Source: Lingula anatina (taxonomy: Eukaryota; Animalia; Brachiopoda). From it: a stretch of DNA of 64,000 nucleotides. The stretch covers positions 14,608,651 to 14,672,650 of the forward strand of contig CM120647.1 in the NCBI GenBank assembly GCA_051362555.1, in the 5' to 3' direction. Below the pieces are notes generated by a model. The model made no database searches and was not told where the DNA came from. It worked only from the letters and a program-made list of their open reading frames with translations. Position 1 is the stretch's first letter. Each line of letters opens with the position of its first letter. Positions 58,644 through 64,000 of this stretch are shown piece after piece. Position numbers and translations under genes: made by a program.

Positions 58644-59471
58644 CATAGATGAATTACTTTAAATTAATTAATCAATTAATTAACTAACTAATCTACATCC
58701 AGACAAATAAGAAAGTAAGAAATAAATCACATTTATCTTAATAAATGAATAAATAAATGAATGAATAAATAAATAAATAAAGCATCCATTTTCCATTACG
58801 TAATTGACAAATCGGTATCTCAATCACATACAGATTCCGACTAATTTATCAGAATATTAAGAGATGCCCCATTCCCCTTATTTCCCAGTCTTACAAGACT
58901 GATATTAATGAATGTCGGGTCTGAAAACAAATGAAACAATTATCAATCATAACGCGTCGTGAGTTTGTTCTATGGTGCGATCAAGATTAGCAGATAAGTG
59001 GCAGCTTTAATACCAAATGGACCATTGATAAGAGTTCTACATGTTGTATCAGTTCGATTGAAGTTTTATCTTTTCTACCCTAGAGAACAATAAAAATCTT
59101 CATTTGCAGATAATTTGTCATATTTTCACCATTTTGTGTATTCCAACAATCAACGCCTGGATGAATACCCGTTTGCCTGCAATATTGCGGACAGTCTTAG
59201 CACGCTACGATGTGTAATCCATCATGTCAGGGCGTGTTTTAAGCCAGATTGATCTGACTGCGTTCTGGTCTGATCATATATACATCCATTGACCATTGCA
59301 GACCCATTTTACATGGATGCATAACACCCCAGTAAGCAAATACGAGTTTTTAATCATGCTTTGTTCTCAGGTTTCTAGATTTCTGTAAGATATGGATTGG
59401 TAGTGTCTCTTTGTCTGATCTTTTAATTCCGCACATTATCTCTCTCTTTTTATTTCTCTCTTTCTCTCTCC

Positions 59472-59521
<50 letters not shown>

Positions 59522-60703
59522 AGCGATATGAAAAATGAACTCTTTTGCTTAGGTGTGCAGATGATAAATAAGGGTTTAAGATCATCAATCACGACGGTGA
59601 AGCTTAAGGCGTGAAAAAAATTCCGTCGAGGCAGATAATTGTGAAAAGCAGGCGATTTCGTCGTTTGAAGTTCTGCATTTACATTAAGAAATATCCAAAC
59701 ATACATTCTATGCTGAGTACCTGGATGTATAGACGCAGTTCAATAGTCAGGGTTTCATGGGAACGCTTTGAAAACTGCATAAACTTAGGGGCTATAACCA
59801 GCCAAAACGTCCTTTGGTTTGCATTCAGCCGTTATTGATAATCAGAATCATATGGGACAATCGATTTGCGACCCATTAATTGCTGATAATTTTTTCTTCT
59901 GTGATTAGCCAGACACAAGGACGGCTGTGCCCAGATCTGACTGACACTATGTGACGCTAATGCCCTGGATGAAAATTGACCATATCATAACATACTATGC
60001 TGAATTCCAATTAATGGAATCGATAATAAGTCATTTTCGGCGCTCGTTGTGACCATTGCGAAAGGAAATAATTATAATTGTCGTTACCAGCGAAGTGGTT
60101 TCTGTGATGAGTCCAGTTGAAACCTGTCAAGTTTTGTTGACGTTTCCGTAACCAATAAAACAAAAGAAATGGGATTTAGCCCCAAAAAGCCATTACTTAT
60201 ATTATTATTTGTATCCAAGGAGGTGTTGGTCAGTTTACATTTTATCCTATCCTTTCCTATCCTATCATATCCTACCGGTATCCTTTCCATTAGCAGATCC
60301 TATATTTTGTAGAGGGAAAGGGGGCAAAGATAACATATTTTGCCTCACTTCGTTTGGAAAAGTAAAAGGCATAGAACTATGTACAACACTACAGGACTAC
60401 TAGCAGATACTAAACAACCCTAAAAGTTAAAAGCCTGTATAAAAAGCAAGTGAAACAACCGTATTTCTAAGAGTTTTGTGTAGCACTAGTTTATTTCATC
60501 CTGCTTCTCCATACATAATTGGTTGCATGGGTAATTTAAAGGTTAATACAAAGGTTAATGTTCTCCTCTTTTGACTAGCTGATTCATAGTTACATACCAT
60601 ACGAAATGGTGCCGTTTGCCCTCCAAAACACCAAAAGTTTTCGGGGCCCTTGAGCGACCCCGAGCCCCACTTCAAGGGTCGGCTTTGCATCCAAGGCCTG
60701 TCA

Positions 60704-60753
<50 letters not shown>

Positions 60754-61341
60754 AAATAGATAATCTTGGATCTACAGTGTATGTGCCAGCAGTGACACCC
60801 CCGGCCCTTCATCAATATAGAACTAGGTGAGGTTGGCAGTGCCTATCTTTCTGGCTGCCAGTTTGTACTTTGTAGCTGCTGATGGTTACGGTTTCTGTCT
60901 CTGTACACCCCAGAGATAGCGATAGAATTATTAAGAGGAAAATATTGAGGGAAAAATGATGAGATAAAATGAGATTCAATTTGGCTAAGTTTGTTATAGT
61001 ACATGTAACAAGGGCATTCATGAAAACCACGCCCATGTTTAAACACAAATCTTTTAATAGATATAAATATACATTTCCAGCCATTTCATTTTAGGACTTT
61101 TGTGAAAATGGGGAACTATAATGAAAACCATTTTATATAATTCTTAAATCATATCTATATATTTTTTACGTTTTTGAAAATCAGGGATGAACTTGAGACT
61201 TAACAAAAGCGTTGGTTTCTTTAGTTTTGGAGACGGAAAATATACTTCATCAAATTGATCTAAGGCCTTTAAACAAATGATTCTTACTTGGTGGCGTCGT
61301 TTTATCGATCGACAACTAAAAAAGTAGGGTGGAAGGGACAG

Positions 61342-61503
61342 CAGGGCCGTAGCCTCCGGGGGGGCAGGGGGGGCAGTTGCCCCCCCTGGGATTTAGAATT
61401 TTCCACACTGGTAGGGGGACACCCCCTCCCCCTTCGGGGGCTTCGCCCCCTCGTGTCCGCTTACTGCCCCCCCCCCTGGCAATTTGCTCAGGCTACGGCC
61501 CTG
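61342..61503. mobile_element. MITE with CAGGGCCGTAGCC TIRs and 5-bp TSD
   Basis: Perfect 14-bp TIR CAGGGCCGTAGCCT / AGGCTACGGCCCTG, with GACAG on both flanks (61337-61341, 61504-61508). Confidence 0.85.
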
Positions 61504-63299
61504 GACAGGTTTTTAGAATCGGTTTTATGTAATTTGATATCGGCTTTCAACTGCCCTTTCGTTTACTTCTGGTACAAACTTAACATTATACCACTGATGG
61601 TACTTTCATATGGCATGAAAACAGCCCCCACGATGTTAGCATAGGTCGTTGCTCTGGGACCAGTAACTCGAAAGCATCTCGTATTGCGACCGTGCGCAGG
61701 CGTCTCGTTTCCGTAACTCGCCCATACGCGCCCCATATAATACACTGTAACCTCTATGTGATACCGCTACTCGAGATGCTTTCCAGCTACGGGGCCCTGT
61801 TTAACACGGTCAACAACTCAGTCGCAATATTACCGTGTTCAAAGACGCAGTTGCTCTTTGAAGTAGGAGCCGGTCTGGCAGGAATGGTAGTCCGCTAGGA
61901 ACCGTAGTCCGTTCCCCTTTATTTGACACAGATAGCATTCAATCATATACTGACTGTAATATTGCCCTTGAGGAATGATTTTAGATGGTTTTTGAAACTA
62001 ATGATGACGTTGCGTGAAATCACTTCAACAAATACTGAACGCTGGTATAGTAAGCTTCAGGAGTGCTATTATACCTTTGTATACTAGACAAAGGTCGCGT
62101 ATTTGAAGAGGCGTTTTGTCTAGACAAATATCGGATTTTTAGGCACCTATCTTTTATTCATGCATTTGTTGAAATGTATTGGCTATTAGGTTGTCAAGTG
62201 GTAGAATTTTACAACTGACGCCAGAGAAAACCTCACTGTTGTTCTTTTCCACGTTCTAAATCCAACGGGGTCAATCAACCTTTTAAAACATTTAACTGCT
62301 TTTTTATGATTTAAATACATTTTACTGCAGGCTTTGCCTTGAGAGAAATGTCGTTTTTTAAACCAACTTAACAACTTTGCCTCGCTTTAGGTCATTTACA
62401 ATAAAAATTATTTTTGGATTTACATGTATGCAAAACACGAATGACTTTTTTCACCGTGGCTCTTACAGTGTATAAGGTACAGGTATTGCCGTCAAGATTG
62501 CAGAAAAAGCCTTAAAACTGGAGGTAGTAAATTTTTCAGATGTAGATAGGAAGGATATTATTCATTTTTTGCATTAATTGTATACAAAGGAAGTGCAACT
62601 GTTCTTTCATTTTGCGTTGAAGTTGTTTGAATGGTGCCTCTTTTTCAAGAGCTCTTTTTTTACGATCCTTACTTCATTACGGACCAACGACTGGTTTGTG
62701 ATACACGTGTCGAAAAGCTGATAGCTTTGTTTCTTGTACCATAACTTTGAACACATGAATTTATGATAAATGACGTAACGCACTCAACAATGCCATTATC
62801 ACTTGCTGCCAATACCCAGATGTAACTACATGACTAAATGGCACTAAGGATAATTATGTTAGTATGCCATTGTATCCCTCTAAAGAGAATTATGAAGCCG
62901 ACATTCGCCTGCACGTTTTTAATAACACTCATACAACAATTGTGTTTATTAGAAAATGTCGTGATTTAAGGTCCGAGGAAGTCAACTTGATGATGGAAAG
63001 AGTGGGCGGTGGTTTTTCTCTGAAACGTTCCATGGTAGCGATACCTTAAGGTAGAGTACAGTTGAACGTCGATTATATAATGGTGCCGATGCATTAGGTC
63101 CCAATGGTAGGGTTGAGGTAAACGAATTTATGTGGCAAGTGGGTGTTGTTAAGATAAGATAATAATTTATTAAAACAATAAAATACAAATGCATAAAATC
63201 GGGGATATTTTGCCCTGTGATTGCGCCATTGTTGAAAAAACTTTGACAATGTTATAAAATTAAATTACGTATTAGTGCTAAAATAGTCACTGCTGAAGG

Positions 63300-64000
63300 A
63301 TAAAAGCTAGATAAAATCGCTTACTACCCTTAGAAACTAAAAGCTTCGAGATACTGGTTAAAATTTGAATAGGGTGTGAGGTGGATCAGTCATGACGGAA
63401 GCTGTTTTATTTTGAACCCTATCGAGAGAAATGGAATTGATGGAGGTAAGATCCGTTCCAGTTACATTACCTGCAGTTTCGGCAGTCTTTTCAAGTTGAT
63501 TTGTATCCTCTACAGTTGCACGCCCATACCAAACAGTTACTGCAAAGGTTAAAATACTGTAAAAAAACACCTATAAAAGTTCGTTAAAATAGACACATTC
63601 CTGGCAAAAGCTTTCAATTTCCTAAGTCCTTCTTCAATACTTTCGTGGTGTTCTCACTCCAGGTTAGTCTCTTGTTCAGTTGGATACCAAGTAATTTATG
63701 TTCACAGACCTGTTTGACAGTTTTGCCGTTAATTTCAATGGGGCTTTCACAATTCTGATGTCTTCTGTAGTCTACAATAATTTCTATTGTTTTGCTCACA
63801 TTCAGTATCAAGTCATTGTCTGTACACCAATTTACTAAAGTTGTCACCGACTGCCTGTACGAATTAAGTCTCATCATTGTTATGTATCAGGCTGACTACG
63901 GTTGTGTCATCGGCGAACTTCATTAGAAATGTGTTTTCTTCCCTTGCCACACAATCGTGGGTGAATAATGTACTGTATATAAACAAGGCAATAAGAACCA
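63300..64000 (-). mobile_element. Degraded Rex1/Babar-like LINE RT fragment (runs off the window end)
   Basis: MKFADDTTVVSLI, YRQSVTTLVNWCTDNDLILNVSKTIEIIVDYRR and SILTFAVTVWYG; frameshifted. Confidence 0.75.

Overview
AT-rich, intron-containing animal genomic DNA, most likely a marine invertebrate such as a mollusc or other lophotrochozoan (inferred from gene and repeat content). Four host genes were reconstructed by hand from splice sites and frame continuity: RFC1 (+, 24 exons, 5255-19620); a secreted PAN/apple + C-type lectin (+, 21851-27169); a secreted FAD-linked oxidase of the berberine-bridge-enzyme (BBE) type (+, 30389-41230); and an SLC43-family transporter (-, 41981-47974). Two intronic features stand out. 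(1) A 2868-bp internally deleted Polinton/Maverick (22627-25494) with near-identical ~334-bp TIRs, an exact 6-bp TSD and an uninterrupted protein-primed DNA polymerase B core, but no integrase or capsid genes. (2) A ~5-kb tandem array (unit ~1.26-1.38 kb) in an oxidase intron. Each unit appears to carry two structured RNA polymerase III-type genes (TATA, A/B boxes, oligo-T terminators, and compensatory base changes in one of them) that I cannot assign to a known family. The rest is CR1/L2, RTE and Rex1 LINE fragments, several MITE families and microsatellites. All alignments and RNA folds were done by eye; no searches were run.
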